A stretch of 64,000 bases of DNA from a bacterium (GCA_965221165.1 CBDCRP010000003.1:640001-704000), one strand, 5' to 3'. Numbered from the stretch's first letter, positions 1-9,800 are shown. Notes: generated from the sequence alone by a model not told the origin. Numbers and translations are program-made.

Positions 1-29
1 AAAAAAGTGGGCGCGGCGCTCTAAGAGGC

Positions 30-1262
30 TTGGGTGTAATGGGGACAATCACGAGCAACATTGAAAACGGCGACCCGAAACTCGGCGTGGAGGATATCGA
101 CGTCGCGGGCAAGCGGGTTTTCCTGCGCGTCGATTTCAACGTGCCGCTCGATGAGCAGGGACACATCACCGACGACGCCCGCATCAGAGCCGCCCTGCCC
201 ACCATCAACTATCTCCTGGATGAGGGAGCGCGGGTCGTCATCGGCTCCCATCTCGGTCAGCCCAAGGGAAGGTTCGACGCGAAAAATTCCCTGGCCCCGG
301 TCGGCAAACGCCTGTCCCGGCTCCTGGAAAAGGAATGTCCCCTGACGCCCGATTGCACGGGAGCAGAGGCCAGGAGCATGGCGGAGGAGATGAAGCCGGG
401 CCAGGTTCTTCTGCTGGAGAATCTCAGGTTTCACCCGGGAGAGGAGAAAAACGACGAGAAGTTCGCCCGAAGGCTCGCCTCCCTGGCCGAAGTCTACATC
501 GGCGATGCGTTCGGCAACGCCCACCGCGACCATGCCTCGATGTCGGCGATCACGAAGTTCCTGAACCCCGCCGGCGCCGGTTTTCTGATGATCAAGGAAG
601 TGAGCTACCTGAGCGGAGCGGTGAACAACCCGATGCGCCCCGTGGTGGCGATTCTCGGTGGCGCGAAGGCGAGCGCGAAAATCGGCATCGTAGAGCGAAT
701 ACTGCCCAAGATGGACAAGATAATCATCGGGGGCGGCATGGCGGGCACCTTCCATCGCGCGCTGGGCTACGAGATGGGAAACAGCCTGGTCGAGGAACAC
801 ATGGTGGACACGGCGCGCTCGATCATGAACAAGGCGAAGGAACTGGAGGTGAAGTTCTATCTTCCCAGCGACTACGTGATCGCGGACAAGTTCGAGGCCT
901 CGGCGGAAACCAAGGTGGTGCCCGCGCAGGAAGTGCCCGAGGACTGGTATGCGCTCGACATCGGACCCGCGAGCACCACTTTATTCGGCGAGGTGCTCCA
1001 GGACGCGAAAACCATCATCTGGAACGGCCCGATGGGCGTGTTCGAGGTAGACGCCTTCTCGCGCGGGACATACGCCATGGTGAACCACGTGGCGAACTCC
1101 TACGCTCTTACGATAGTAGGCGGCGGCGATACGGACGTGGCCGTTCACTCGGCGGGGGAATCGAGGCGCATTTCATACATCAGCACGGGCGGCGGCGCCT
1201 TCCTGGAACTGCTCGAAGGCAAGGAACTGCCCGGTCTGGCCTCCCTGACGGATAAACACTAA
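30..1262 (+). CDS. pgk: phosphoglycerate kinase
   Basis: Motifs RVDFNVP, SHLG.P, LLENLRF, WNGPMGVFE, STGGGA; start may be the ATG at 39. Confidence 0.97.
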   Translation: MGVMGTITSNIENGDPKLGVEDIDVAGKRVFLRVDFNVPLDEQGHITDDARIRAALPTINYLLDEGARVVIGSHLGQPKGRFDAKNSLAPVGKRLSRLLEKECPLTPDCTGAEARSMAEEMKPGQVLLLENLRFHPGEEKNDEKFARRLASLAEVYIGDAFGNAHRDHASMSAITKFLNPAGAGFLMIKEVSYLSGAVNNPMRPVVAILGGAKASAKIGIVERILPKMDKIIIGGGMAGTFHRALGYEMGNSLVEEHMVDTARSIMNKAKELEVKFYLPSDYVIADKFEASAETKVVPAQEVPEDWYALDIGPASTTLFGEVLQDAKTIIWNGPMGVFEVDAFSRGTYAMVNHVANSYALTIVGGGDTDVAVHSAGESRRISYISTGGGAFLELLEGKELPGLASLTDKH

Positions 1263-1294
1263 ATCACCCCAAAAGGAAAAAGAGGAATTTTGAG

Positions 1295-2071
1295 ATGCGG
1301 CGCGCCCTGGTGGCCGGCAACTGGAAAATGAACAAGACGATTGGGGACGCGCGAACGCTCGCGCGCGAAGTGGCCGGGGGCGTAGCAGGCGAGGACCTCT
1401 CGGGCGCCGACGTCCTCCTGGGTCCCCCCTATCTATCGCTTCCGGCAGTGGCGGAGGCGGTCTCTGCGAGCCCCGTCGGCGTTGCCGGGCAAAACTGCTC
1501 CCATCACCCCGACGGCGCATACACCGGAGAGGTGAGCGTCTCGATGCTTAAGCACGCGGGCGCCACCCACGTCATTCTCGGGCACAGCGAAAGGCGCGAG
1601 ATGACGGGAGAAGGCGACGCCCTCATCGCCCGAAAGGCGCAGGCGGCGAGCGCGGGCGGCCTCACGCCCATCATCTGCCTCGGGGAACCGTTTTCCACGA
1701 GGCGGACGGGAACCACGCTCGCACGCATCGCCCATCAGGTGGAAACCTCGATTCAGGGCGCGTTCTCCTCCCCTCCCGCCGGCGGCCTCATCATCGCGTA
1801 CGAACCCGTATGGGCCATCGGCACGGGCCTCACGGCCACGCCCGAGCAGGCCCAGGAGGCGCATGCCTTCATCCGCGAGCGACTCGAGAGAATTTTTGGC
1901 TTGGAATGCGCGCAAGAAACGCGTATCTTATACGGTGGCAGCATGAAACCGGACAATGCAGCGGAGTTGTTCTCGCAGCCGGATATCGATGGCGGTCTCA
2001 TCGGCGGTGCGAGTCTGGACAGCGGGGATTTTCTGGCGATCATCCGCGCCGCCTGCGCGACTTCCGCATAA
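1295..2071 (+). CDS. tpiA: triosephosphate isomerase
   Basis: AGNWKMN, GHSERR, AYEPVWAIGTG, YGGS, LIGGASL. Confidence 0.97.
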   Translation: MRRALVAGNWKMNKTIGDARTLAREVAGGVAGEDLSGADVLLGPPYLSLPAVAEAVSASPVGVAGQNCSHHPDGAYTGEVSVSMLKHAGATHVILGHSERREMTGEGDALIARKAQAASAGGLTPIICLGEPFSTRRTGTTLARIAHQVETSIQGAFSSPPAGGLIIAYEPVWAIGTGLTATPEQAQEAHAFIRERLERIFGLECAQETRILYGGSMKPDNAAELFSQPDIDGGLIGGASLDSGDFLAIIRAACATSA

Positions 2072-2089
2072 CATGAAAAGAGTGAGAAA

Positions 2090-2404
2090 ATGGCGATAGT
2101 ATTAACCGTTTTGCATGTAGCCGTGGCGCTTTGCCTGGTGCTTTCCGTGCTTCTCCAGGCGGGCAAAGGCGGCGGCATCGGAGCCGCCTTCGGCGGATCG
2201 AGCGATACGATGTTCGGCTCTCGGGGACCCGTGAACTTCCTGAGCAAGATTACGACCGGCGCCGCCGTCCTCTTCATGGTAACCTCGCTTCTGCTCACCT
2301 ACATCGGCTCGCACGGCGGCGGTCAGGATGCTTCGATAATGCCTGCCGCGCCGGTGCAGACCACGACGGCACCCTCGAAACCTGCCGCCCCGGAGAAGAA
2401 ATAG
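2090..2404 (+). CDS. secG: preprotein translocase subunit SecG
   Basis: VLLQ.GKGGG.GAAFGG motif, two TM helices, directly after tpiA. Confidence 0.95.
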   Translation: MAIVLTVLHVAVALCLVLSVLLQAGKGGGIGAAFGGSSDTMFGSRGPVNFLSKITTGAAVLFMVTSLLLTYIGSHGGGQDASIMPAAPVQTTTAPSKPAAPEKK

Positions 2405-2450
2405 CGCGGGCGAGACCGGCTCCACCATTCGCGCGCGCTGAGGCCCCACG

Positions 2451-4526
2451 ATGCTGATCAAGCGCCTCTTGTTGTTGCTCCCCTTCGTCATCGCGGCGGT
2501 GTTGTTCCAGTCCTACTTCTGGGTCCCGACGTTCTCCGACCAGACCAAGGGAGGCGGCGAGCGCCTCCGCCAGTTCATCACCGGCTCCATCGGCGATGCG
2601 CAAATCCTGAACCCCATTCTTCACGCCGACACGGCGAGCGGCGCAATCGTCGACCATGTGTTCGAGGGCCTCGTCGACAGGGACCGCGATCTGTCTTATC
2701 GGGGCCGACTGGCCACCTCGTGGAGAATCCATGAAGAGGCGTTCTTCGTGCCCCATCCCGAGGGACCGGGTGCGAAGGCCCTGGCCGCGCGCATCGCGCG
2801 GGCGCGCGACGCCGGTGAAGCCGCGTGGCTGAAAAACATCGAGAAAATCGAGGTTATCGCTCCCGCCGAGGGAAAAACCTTCATCCGCACCCCGCCGCCC
2901 AAGGGGAAGAAAAAACCCGGGCGGATGCCCATCCTCATCTCCTATCCCGAGCGCGTGAAGATGACGCTCAAAAACGTGGATCAGGACCTGTTCAAGCGCC
3001 TTCGAAAGTGGCTCGGGGAAAACGGGATCGCGACCGACGCCGCCGCCTACGTCAAGACCACCGTGCCTGAGCCTCTGCGCCCCCAGGCCGCGCGGCGCGT
3101 TCAGCTCACCGAACACAACCCCGTCATCATCTTCAAGCTCAGGCGCGGAGTGCGCTTCCACGACGGCCACGAATTCGACTCGGGCGACGTGCGTTTCACC
3201 TACGAAGCCATCATGAATCCCAAAAACCTCTCCCCGAGAGTGCCGGATTACGAACCCGTCAAGCGCGTGGAGACGCCCGACAGGTTTAGCGCAAAAGTCA
3301 CCTACAAGCGTCTCTACTCGCCCGCTTTCGGCACCTGGGCCATGGGGGTGCTGCCCGAGCATCTGCTGAACGCCCAAAAGCTCGCCCAAGAGGCGAAGCG
3401 CGCGGGCAAGGACCCCAAGACGTTCAGCGTGCGCGACAGCGCGTTCAACCGAAAACCCGTCGGCACGGGGGCGTTCGTCTTCAAGGAATGGCGCTCGGAC
3501 GAACTCATCCGGCTCGCGCGAAACGAGGACTACTGGGAGGGGCCGCCCGAATATCACGAATATGTCTACAGAATCCTGCCCGACCCCCTCACGCAGGAGA
3601 TCACCTTCTACGCGGGTACGGTGGACCGCTACGGGGCGGGCGCCCACCAGGTCGAGCGGCTCAGAAAAGACCCGAGATTCCAGGTGTTCTCGGGCCTGGG
3701 CTTCGGGTTCACCTACGTCGGCTACAACATGCGGCGCTGGCCGTTTCAGGACGTGCGCGTGCGCAAGGCCCTAGGGCTGGCGGTGAACACCAGGCAGATT
3801 CACCGCTACGTGCTAAACGGCGAGGCGGAGGACATCACCGGCCCGTTCGTCAAGCAGAGTCCGCATTACAACCGGAGCATCAAGCCCCTGGCCTACGACC
3901 CCAAAGGGGCGGTGCGCCTGCTTCACGCGGCGGGGTTCAAGAAAAAAGACGGAATCCTGATGAAGGACGGCAAGCCCCTGGCCTTCAACCTGATGACCAA
4001 CCACGGCAACGAGATCAGGCGCGCCGTCGGCACCGTCGTGCAGGACGCCTGGAAGAAGATAGGCGTGAAAATCACCTTCTCCCAAGTCGAGTGGGCCGTG
4101 TTCATCAAAAAACACGTCAATCAGCTCAATTTCGACGCGGTCGTCCTCGGCTGGAGCATGGGCCTGGACCCGGACCTCTACCAGATCTGGCATTCGAGCC
4201 AGACGGGCAAGGGCCGGCTCAATTTCGTGGGCTACAAAAACCCCAAAGCCGACGACCTCATCATCAAGATCCGCCAGGAATACGACCTCGCGACGCAGGT
4301 TCGCTACGCGCACGCGCTCCACCGCATCATCGCCGCGGATCAGCCCTACACGTTCCTGTACGTCGGCAAGTGGACGGCGCTGCTCGACAGAAAAATCGCC
4401 ATCGCCAGACGCCTGGCCGACGGGAAAATAAGGCCCCGAAAAATCCGCCCCACCATCACGGGAGGCTATTCGTTCGATTTCAACGAGTGGCTCAAGTTCC
4501 CCCGAATCCCCAAATTCGAGAATTAA
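2451..4526 (+). CDS. ABC transporter substrate-binding protein, family 5 (peptide/nickel type), N-terminal membrane anchor
   Basis: LNPIL..D, FKLR.GVRFHDG, PVGTGAF, D.RVRKAL; followed by two permeases. Confidence 0.9.
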   Translation: MLIKRLLLLLPFVIAAVLFQSYFWVPTFSDQTKGGGERLRQFITGSIGDAQILNPILHADTASGAIVDHVFEGLVDRDRDLSYRGRLATSWRIHEEAFFVPHPEGPGAKALAARIARARDAGEAAWLKNIEKIEVIAPAEGKTFIRTPPPKGKKKPGRMPILISYPERVKMTLKNVDQDLFKRLRKWLGENGIATDAAAYVKTTVPEPLRPQAARRVQLTEHNPVIIFKLRRGVRFHDGHEFDSGDVRFTYEAIMNPKNLSPRVPDYEPVKRVETPDRFSAKVTYKRLYSPAFGTWAMGVLPEHLLNAQKLAQEAKRAGKDPKTFSVRDSAFNRKPVGTGAFVFKEWRSDELIRLARNEDYWEGPPEYHEYVYRILPDPLTQEITFYAGTVDRYGAGAHQVERLRKDPRFQVFSGLGFGFTYVGYNMRRWPFQDVRVRKALGLAVNTRQIHRYVLNGEAEDITGPFVKQSPHYNRSIKPLAYDPKGAVRLLHAAGFKKKDGILMKDGKPLAFNLMTNHGNEIRRAVGTVVQDAWKKIGVKITFSQVEWAVFIKKHVNQLNFDAVVLGWSMGLDPDLYQIWHSSQTGKGRLNFVGYKNPKADDLIIKIRQEYDLATQVRYAHALHRIIAADQPYTFLYVGKWTALLDRKIAIARRLADGKIRPRKIRPTITGGYSFDFNEWLKFPRIPKFEN

Positions 4527-4527
4527 A

Positions 4528-5523
4528 GTGGGCGCCTACATCATCCGGACGACGCTGTTCAAGCTGGCGACGCTGTTCATCATCTCGATCGTGAGTTTTC
4601 TGATCATCCATCTTGCGCCCGGGGAGCCGAGCCAGATAGACCCCTTAAACCCGCGCTTCACGCAAGAAGACCTGGCGCGCTACCGCGCCGCCTTTAACCT
4701 CGACAAACCGCTTCCGGTGCAATACTGGCGCTTTTACAAGAAATTCTTCACCGGCGAACTCACGAGCCTTAAGGACAACCAGCCCGTTTTCGGGAAAATA
4801 TGGCGGCGCTTCCTGATCAGCCTGCCCCTGTTCATCGTGGGCACCATCATCACCTGGTGTCTCTCGTTTCCGCTCGGAATCGCGGGCGCGCTCAGGCGCT
4901 ACAGCTTTTTCGACCGCTCCACCACCTTCATGAGCTATCTCATGATCTCGATGCCGAGTTTTTTCCTCGCCTACATCCTCATCATCGCCGTCGTTCAGGG
5001 GTTTACGCTCCCGTTCGTCGACTACCGCGTGCCGGGCCTGGAAGTCTCCGTCCTGGGAATCGAGACCTTCGGCCGGGGCGACGCCTCTCCCCTGTTCAGA
5101 ATCAACGATCGCATCTGGCATCTGGTGCTGCCCAGCCTCGTGGGCGCAATCGGCGGCATCGCCGTGCTCTCGCGCTACGTGCGCGGCCAGATGATAGAGG
5201 TGGTGGATTCGGACTTCATCCGCACGGCCCACTCCAAGGGCCTGGATGAAGACACCGTGAACTACGTGCACGTCTTGAGAAACGCGGCCCTTCCCTTCGT
5301 CACCATGTTCGGACTCATCCTGCCGGGGCTGATAGGCGGCTCGGTCATCATCGAGAACATCTTCGCGTGGCCCGGCATGGGGCGCATGGGCTTCGAGGCC
5401 GTGCTGGCGCGGGACTACCCGGTAATCCTGAGCCTGAACTTCATGTCCGCCATCCTGGTCGTCATCGGCACCTTTATCTCCGACATCCTGCTGGTCGTCG
5501 TCGACCCGAGGATCCGCCTGTGA
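4528..5523 (+). CDS. ABC transporter permease, DppB/OppB type
   Basis: GTG start; LDKPLPVQY, HLVLP, EAA loop (FIRTAHSKGL), IE.IFAWPGMG. Confidence 0.93.
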   Translation: MGAYIIRTTLFKLATLFIISIVSFLIIHLAPGEPSQIDPLNPRFTQEDLARYRAAFNLDKPLPVQYWRFYKKFFTGELTSLKDNQPVFGKIWRRFLISLPLFIVGTIITWCLSFPLGIAGALRRYSFFDRSTTFMSYLMISMPSFFLAYILIIAVVQGFTLPFVDYRVPGLEVSVLGIETFGRGDASPLFRINDRIWHLVLPSLVGAIGGIAVLSRYVRGQMIEVVDSDFIRTAHSKGLDEDTVNYVHVLRNAALPFVTMFGLILPGLIGGSVIIENIFAWPGMGRMGFEAVLARDYPVILSLNFMSAILVVIGTFISDILLVVVDPRIRL

Positions 5524-7022
5524 ACGAAACACTCGATATGCGCGAAATGGTAGAGGAGATGGGGGAAGAACTGACCCCGCGCGAGCGCGTATGGCGGCAT
5601 CTCCAGAGAAACCGGATGGCGATGGCGGGCGGCGTGGTGCTGGTGTTCTTCTTCGCGCTGGCGGCGCTCGGCTTCGTCAATTCCGCCCTCATGAGCGAGC
5701 CGATGTTCGACGCCAACCTCGTGCGCCTGCCGGACAAGCTCAAAGCCCCCCTATCCGCCCCGACCGAGACCCAGATTCCCAAAGAAAACCTCCCGCGCCT
5801 GGGGATATACCTGTTCGGCACCGACGATCTGGGCCGCGACGTGTTCGCCAGAATGCTGGAGGGCACCTTCATCTCGATGTCCGTGGGCTTCGTGGCCATC
5901 GGCATCGCCACGTTTCTGGGGGTCGCGATAGGCGGAATCGCCGGGTTTTACGGAGAGATCAAACCGAGCGGCGCGCCCCTGTTCGGCTTCATCGGCGCCG
6001 GCCTCGCGGGCTACGCCGTATGGAACGAACTGGGGTTTCTCACCCTTCTCTTTTGCATGACAGGCGCAGGTCTGGGGCTATCGGTGCGCCGCGATGAGCG
6101 CTCCCTGTTTCTGGAGGGACTCGCCTTCGGCGCGCTTTTGGGATTGGCGCTCGGCCCGTTCGAGCCTTTCGAGTGGAGCGGCTTCGCATCCGACCTCGGT
6201 CTTCAGGTGCGCACGCCTTATTGGAAAGAAGGATTCCTGGGCGCGCTCTGCCTCCTCACGCTCGCCGCCTTCGGCGGGGCGCAAGGGCGGAACGCGGAGG
6301 AAAGCGCGGCGGACGGCGTATCCTTGAGCGCGGTCACGGGCGGGGGACTTGTATATTTCGTTCTTTTCCTCGCAGGCCTCTACCTCGCCTATCCGGGCCA
6401 TGCGCCGCACCTGTGGACGAGCCTCGCAGGCGCTGGAGTTTGCGTTTATCTCTACCAGAGATTCGGCGTCACCACGCTTCTGCAAAAATTCAGGCTGCCC
6501 AAGGTGGACATCATCTACACCACGGTCGTGGACGTGCAGCTTTCTTTCCCCTCGTTTTTCGTGCTCTTGACCATCCTGGCCCTCGTGACGCCCAACATCT
6601 GGATAATCATGGTGGTCATCGGCGTCCTGGGCTGGGTGGGGCCCGCGCGTTTCGTGCGGGCGGAGGTGCTCTCGCTGAGAGAACAGCCCTTCGTGGAGTC
6701 CGCGCGCGCCACGGGCGGCTCGGACCGCCTCATCATCTTCCGCTACCTGATACCCAACTCCCTCGCCCCCGTGCTGGTCTCGGCCACCATCGGCATCGCG
6801 GGCGCGATTCTCACCGAGGCGAGCCTGAGCTTTCTCGGCTTCGGCGTTCCGCCGCCCCAGGCGAGTTGGGGCAACATCTTCTCGGACGGGAAGAAATACA
6901 TCTTCGACGCCCCCTGGCTCACCTTCATCCCGGGGTCTGCGATCTTGATAGTCATGCTCGCCTTCAACCTCTTCGGCGAGGGCCTGCGCGACTCCATGAA
7001 CCCGAGGGCGAACTCCAGATAG
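5520..7022 (+). CDS. ABC transporter permease, DppC/OppC type, with large hydrophobic insertion
   Basis: GTG overlaps upstream TGA; GTDDLGRD, ARFVRAEVLSLRE, EASLSFLG.G, FNLFGEGLRD. Confidence 0.9.
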   Translation: MNETLDMREMVEEMGEELTPRERVWRHLQRNRMAMAGGVVLVFFFALAALGFVNSALMSEPMFDANLVRLPDKLKAPLSAPTETQIPKENLPRLGIYLFGTDDLGRDVFARMLEGTFISMSVGFVAIGIATFLGVAIGGIAGFYGEIKPSGAPLFGFIGAGLAGYAVWNELGFLTLLFCMTGAGLGLSVRRDERSLFLEGLAFGALLGLALGPFEPFEWSGFASDLGLQVRTPYWKEGFLGALCLLTLAAFGGAQGRNAEESAADGVSLSAVTGGGLVYFVLFLAGLYLAYPGHAPHLWTSLAGAGVCVYLYQRFGVTTLLQKFRLPKVDIIYTTVVDVQLSFPSFFVLLTILALVTPNIWIIMVVIGVLGWVGPARFVRAEVLSLREQPFVESARATGGSDRLIIFRYLIPNSLAPVLVSATIGIAGAILTEASLSFLGFGVPPPQASWGNIFSDGKKYIFDAPWLTFIPGSAILIVMLAFNLFGEGLRDSMNPRANSR

Positions 7023-7121
7023 CCTCATCGGCGGGGGGGCAGCCACCCCCATGCGCAACGCCTGATACGCGGTTTGGCTCGCGGATGCGAAACGCCGCTC
7101 AAGTCCAGCGATTAAAGGGCG

Positions 7122-7151
7122 TTGACAGCGCAGCATACGCAACGCTATATA
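7122..7151 (+). promoter_or_regulatory. putative sigma70 promoter of tRNA-Leu
   Basis: TTGACA-18 nt-TATATA about 50 nt upstream of the tRNA. Confidence 0.5.
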
Positions 7152-7198
7152 GCCTCTTGGCCTGAGCGTTGCTCCAGATAGAAATGCTCGGACATCAT

Positions 7199-7285
7199 GC
7201 CCAAGTGGTGGAATTGGTAGACACGCTAGCTTGAGGGGCTAGTGGGGGCAACCCCGTGTCGGTTCGAGTCCGGCCTTGGGCACCA
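7199..7285 (+). tRNA. tRNA-Leu(GAG)
   Basis: GCCCAAG/CTTGGGC acceptor stem, GGAATTGGTAGAC D-arm, CTAGC-TTGAGGG-GCTAG anticodon arm, long variable arm, GGTTCGAGTCC, CCA end. Confidence 0.97.
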
Positions 7286-7397
7286 ACATATCTTTTCCTT
7301 CCGGTCCCCGGGATTCCTGAAAATCCCCCAAAACCGCAACCCGGTCCCGAACGGCAAGGGAGTGGCGAATTACGCAGACAAATTGGAGGCACAAAAA

Positions 7398-8156
7398 ATG
7401 TCGCAATATCTAATAGTTGATGTGGATAGTTGGCCAACCCATAAAGGAAACGAGAAACCGTGTCTGGATGTTGCAATTCCTTCTGTCTTGGAGTCTGTCT
7501 TCTGCGCGCTGGTAGGTGCTTTCGGTAAGTTACCTGACGAACGAATTGAAGTCTCTTGGTGGAAAGATTTACCCAGAGTCCTTTTAGATTCCTGTCCCTA
7601 TCAAATCCGTATTAATGCTCAAAATAGGAATTGGTGCCAATACGTCTATCAGTTCTCGCACAAACTGTGCCATGTAATGACGAACTACAATCGCAACAAA
7701 GTACATCGCCATAGTTGGTTTGAGGAAAGTCTTTGCGAAATGGCGTCGTTGTTCGTTTTGTATAGACTCTCGGAGACTTGGAAAACCAACCCGCCTGTGA
7801 ATGTCCGTGGAGCTGCCGAATTTGCACCTTGCCACGCAAAATACTGTGAGGATTTCGCAGACAAACACCTGACACCAGAACGCAAAAACTTACCAAGATG
7901 GTTATCATTAAATCTTGAGGATATGCAAAACAATCCTTATCTTCGCTGCCGCAATGCAGCTGTAGCCCTTGCCCTTCTTGAAAATTTTCGGAGCGACCCT
8001 TCTCTTTGGGCGGACTGCGGATATATCAATTATTGGAATGTTCATGACGACAAAACTTTTGAAGACTATTTGAATTCATGGGAAAAGTGTTTGAAATGCA
8101 ATGACTCTGATTCGGTTCGAGTACCTGCCCTCGTTAGAAAAATGTTTTACGAGTAG
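7398..8156 (+). CDS. hypothetical zincin-like protein with degenerate HExxH (HKLCH)
   Basis: GGAGG RBS before ATG 7398; YQFSHKLCH...WFEESLCE; AT-rich relative to flanks. Confidence 0.65.
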   Translation: MSQYLIVDVDSWPTHKGNEKPCLDVAIPSVLESVFCALVGAFGKLPDERIEVSWWKDLPRVLLDSCPYQIRINAQNRNWCQYVYQFSHKLCHVMTNYNRNKVHRHSWFEESLCEMASLFVLYRLSETWKTNPPVNVRGAAEFAPCHAKYCEDFADKHLTPERKNLPRWLSLNLEDMQNNPYLRCRNAAVALALLENFRSDPSLWADCGYINYWNVHDDKTFEDYLNSWEKCLKCNDSDSVRVPALVRKMFYE

Positions 8157-8389
8157 CAAGTCGTGAAGATAAACCAGTTGATCGCAAGTCTTGAATCCGC
8201 GCCCGTGGGCGACGGCGATCTTATCGACGAGCCGTTCCTGTGATAGCCATATTAGCGTCGCCCCCTTCATGCTGCTCTTGCACCCTAGTATTGTGTACGG
8301 GCCTTTCCCTTGATGTGATGGCGTGAAGTCCGGGTTTGGACAAGCCCTGTGCCTAGACATCGTGTGAGCCCGAGCGTGGACCGGGTGCT

Positions 8390-8509
8390 CTACTCGGCCT
8401 CTTCTTTGGGCCGCGGGGCGTGGTATCTGCGGTATTCCTCCCCGAAACAAAGAGAAGAAAAATCCCCCATCCTGTCTATGAAGATAAACCCGTCGAGATG
8501 GTCGTATTC
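8390..8509 (-). pseudogene. displaced, diverged copy of the def 3' end (39 codons + stop)
   Basis: Direct repeat of 9267-9386 with 14 mismatches in 120 nt by hand alignment; reads EYDHLDGFIFIDRMGDFSSLCFGEEYRRYHAPRPKEEAE*. Confidence 0.9.
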
Positions 8510-8891
8510 ATTCCGGCGGGTCGAGCCGGACGTTCGCGCGGAGCCAGTCCCTCAACGGCTCGAAGGAGAACGCATCGGTTTCATGGAGACCGATGATGAA
8601 GGCATAAATACTTTCGGCGTCCGCCGTGATCCGCACCCCGTTGATTGCGAGAAACGTATAGGTGACGGCGAAAGCCGCGCGCTTGTTTCCGTCGATGAAC
8701 GGGTGGTTCCGCCCCATACTCTCCCAGATCGCGGCCGCCTCTTCGATCAGATCGGCGTAATAGCCCGTCTGGGGACGGAACAGGGCGGCTTCGAGCAGAC
8801 CCGGATCGCGCACGCCTTCGGCTCCGCCGTATCGCTCTATCTGGTCCCGGTGGATTGCGAGAACTTCAACGACGGTCGGATAGTCCGTCAT
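8508..8891 (-). CDS. doc: Fic/Doc family toxin (death-on-curing type)
   Basis: GG.EGVRD.GLLE and HPFIDGNKR Doc motif. Confidence 0.92.
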   Translation of the reverse strand: MTDYPTVVEVLAIHRDQIERYGGAEGVRDPGLLEAALFRPQTGYYADLIEEAAAIWESMGRNHPFIDGNKRAAFAVTYTFLAINGVRITADAESIYAFIIGLHETDAFSFEPLRDWLRANVRLDPPE

Positions 8892-9118
8892 TCAGCGAGT
8901 TTTTTGTAGAGCGGCGCGAACCTCTCAAGGCTCGCCTGATAGATCGCCATGACGTGGGCGCGCGGCCTGCTCCCCCTGCGCTTCTCGAGCAGGTCGGTCA
9001 GCGCCTCATCGACCAGGGCCTGAAGCTGCCGTCCCTCGCTCTGTGCAAGGTTGCGGACGGCGGCCAGAACCTCCGAATTCACCTGGGTTGCGAATTTCTC
9101 TCGTGGCCGGGTCGCCAT
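8888..9118 (-). CDS. putative antitoxin (ribbon-helix-helix-like)
   Basis: 76 aa, ATGA overlap with doc, N-terminal beta-strand then two helices (REKFATQV..EVL). Confidence 0.75.
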   Translation of the reverse strand: MATRPREKFATQVNSEVLAAVRNLAQSEGRQLQALVDEALTDLLEKRRGSRPRAHVMAIYQASLERFAPLYKKLAE

Positions 9119-9142
9119 GGGACGCCTCCAATCTTGGTCCGA

Positions 9143-9172
9143 AGTTTATCATGACGTATCATGAAACGTCAA
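9143..9172 (-). promoter_or_regulatory. TA promoter with twin TCATGA operator boxes
   Basis: Minus strand TTGACG-18 nt-TAAACT with extended TG; spacer contains TCATGA-N4-TCATGA. Confidence 0.65.
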
Positions 9173-9266
9173 GAAATCAGGCGGAAACCCTCTACCAACC
9201 AAGCGTTCGCCGTATCGGCCATGCCAAGATGGGAAAACCGAACGCACGTGCGTCAGCCTGAGTGAT

Positions 9267-9800
9267 CTACTCGGCCTCTTCTTGCGGTCTCGGGGCGTGG
9301 TATCTGCGGTATTCCTCACCGAAGCAAAGCGAAGTGAAATCCCCCATCCTGTCGACGAAGATAAGCCCGTCGAGATGATCGTACTCGTGCTGGCACACGC
9401 GCGCGGCGAAGCCCTCTAATTCCTCGGCATAGGCGCGTCCCTCCGCGTCCAGAGCCTCTAAGCGCACACTCGTGCTGCGCGGCACGCGGCCATGAACGTC
9501 GGGGATGCTGAGACACCCCTCCCAGTCCTCCCAACCCTCCTCGCCTAATGGCGTGAGCCTGGGGTTTACCGCCACGCGCAGCGTCTCCTCATCGTCGGGG
9601 TCGGTCTGCATGACGAACAACCTGAGCCCGTGGTGCACCTGCGGGGCGGCGAGGCCTACGCCCGCGTATTCGGCCATGGTCTCGATCATGTCCTCCACCA
9701 GGGCCACGAGACCGGGACTGCCCAGTTCCTCGGGCGTCAGTTCGCGCGCTTTCCCCCGCAAGACGGGGTGGCCCATGCGGGCGACTTTCAGGATGGACAT
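9267..9800 (-). CDS. def: peptide deformylase
   Basis: GVGLAAPQV, EGCLS, QHEYDHLDG motifs. Confidence 0.97.
   Translation of the reverse strand: MSILKVARMGHPVLRGKARELTPEELGSPGLVALVEDMIETMAEYAGVGLAAPQVHHGLRLFVMQTDPDDEETLRVAVNPRLTPLGEEGWEDWEGCLSIPDVHGRVPRSTSVRLEALDAEGRAYAEELEGFAARVCQHEYDHLDGLIFVDRMGDFTSLCFGEEYRRYHAPRPQEEAE

Noticed and set aside
7242-7397. ORF extension overlapping tRNA-Leu
   Set aside because: The tRNA is canonical and a GGAGG RBS supports ATG 7398
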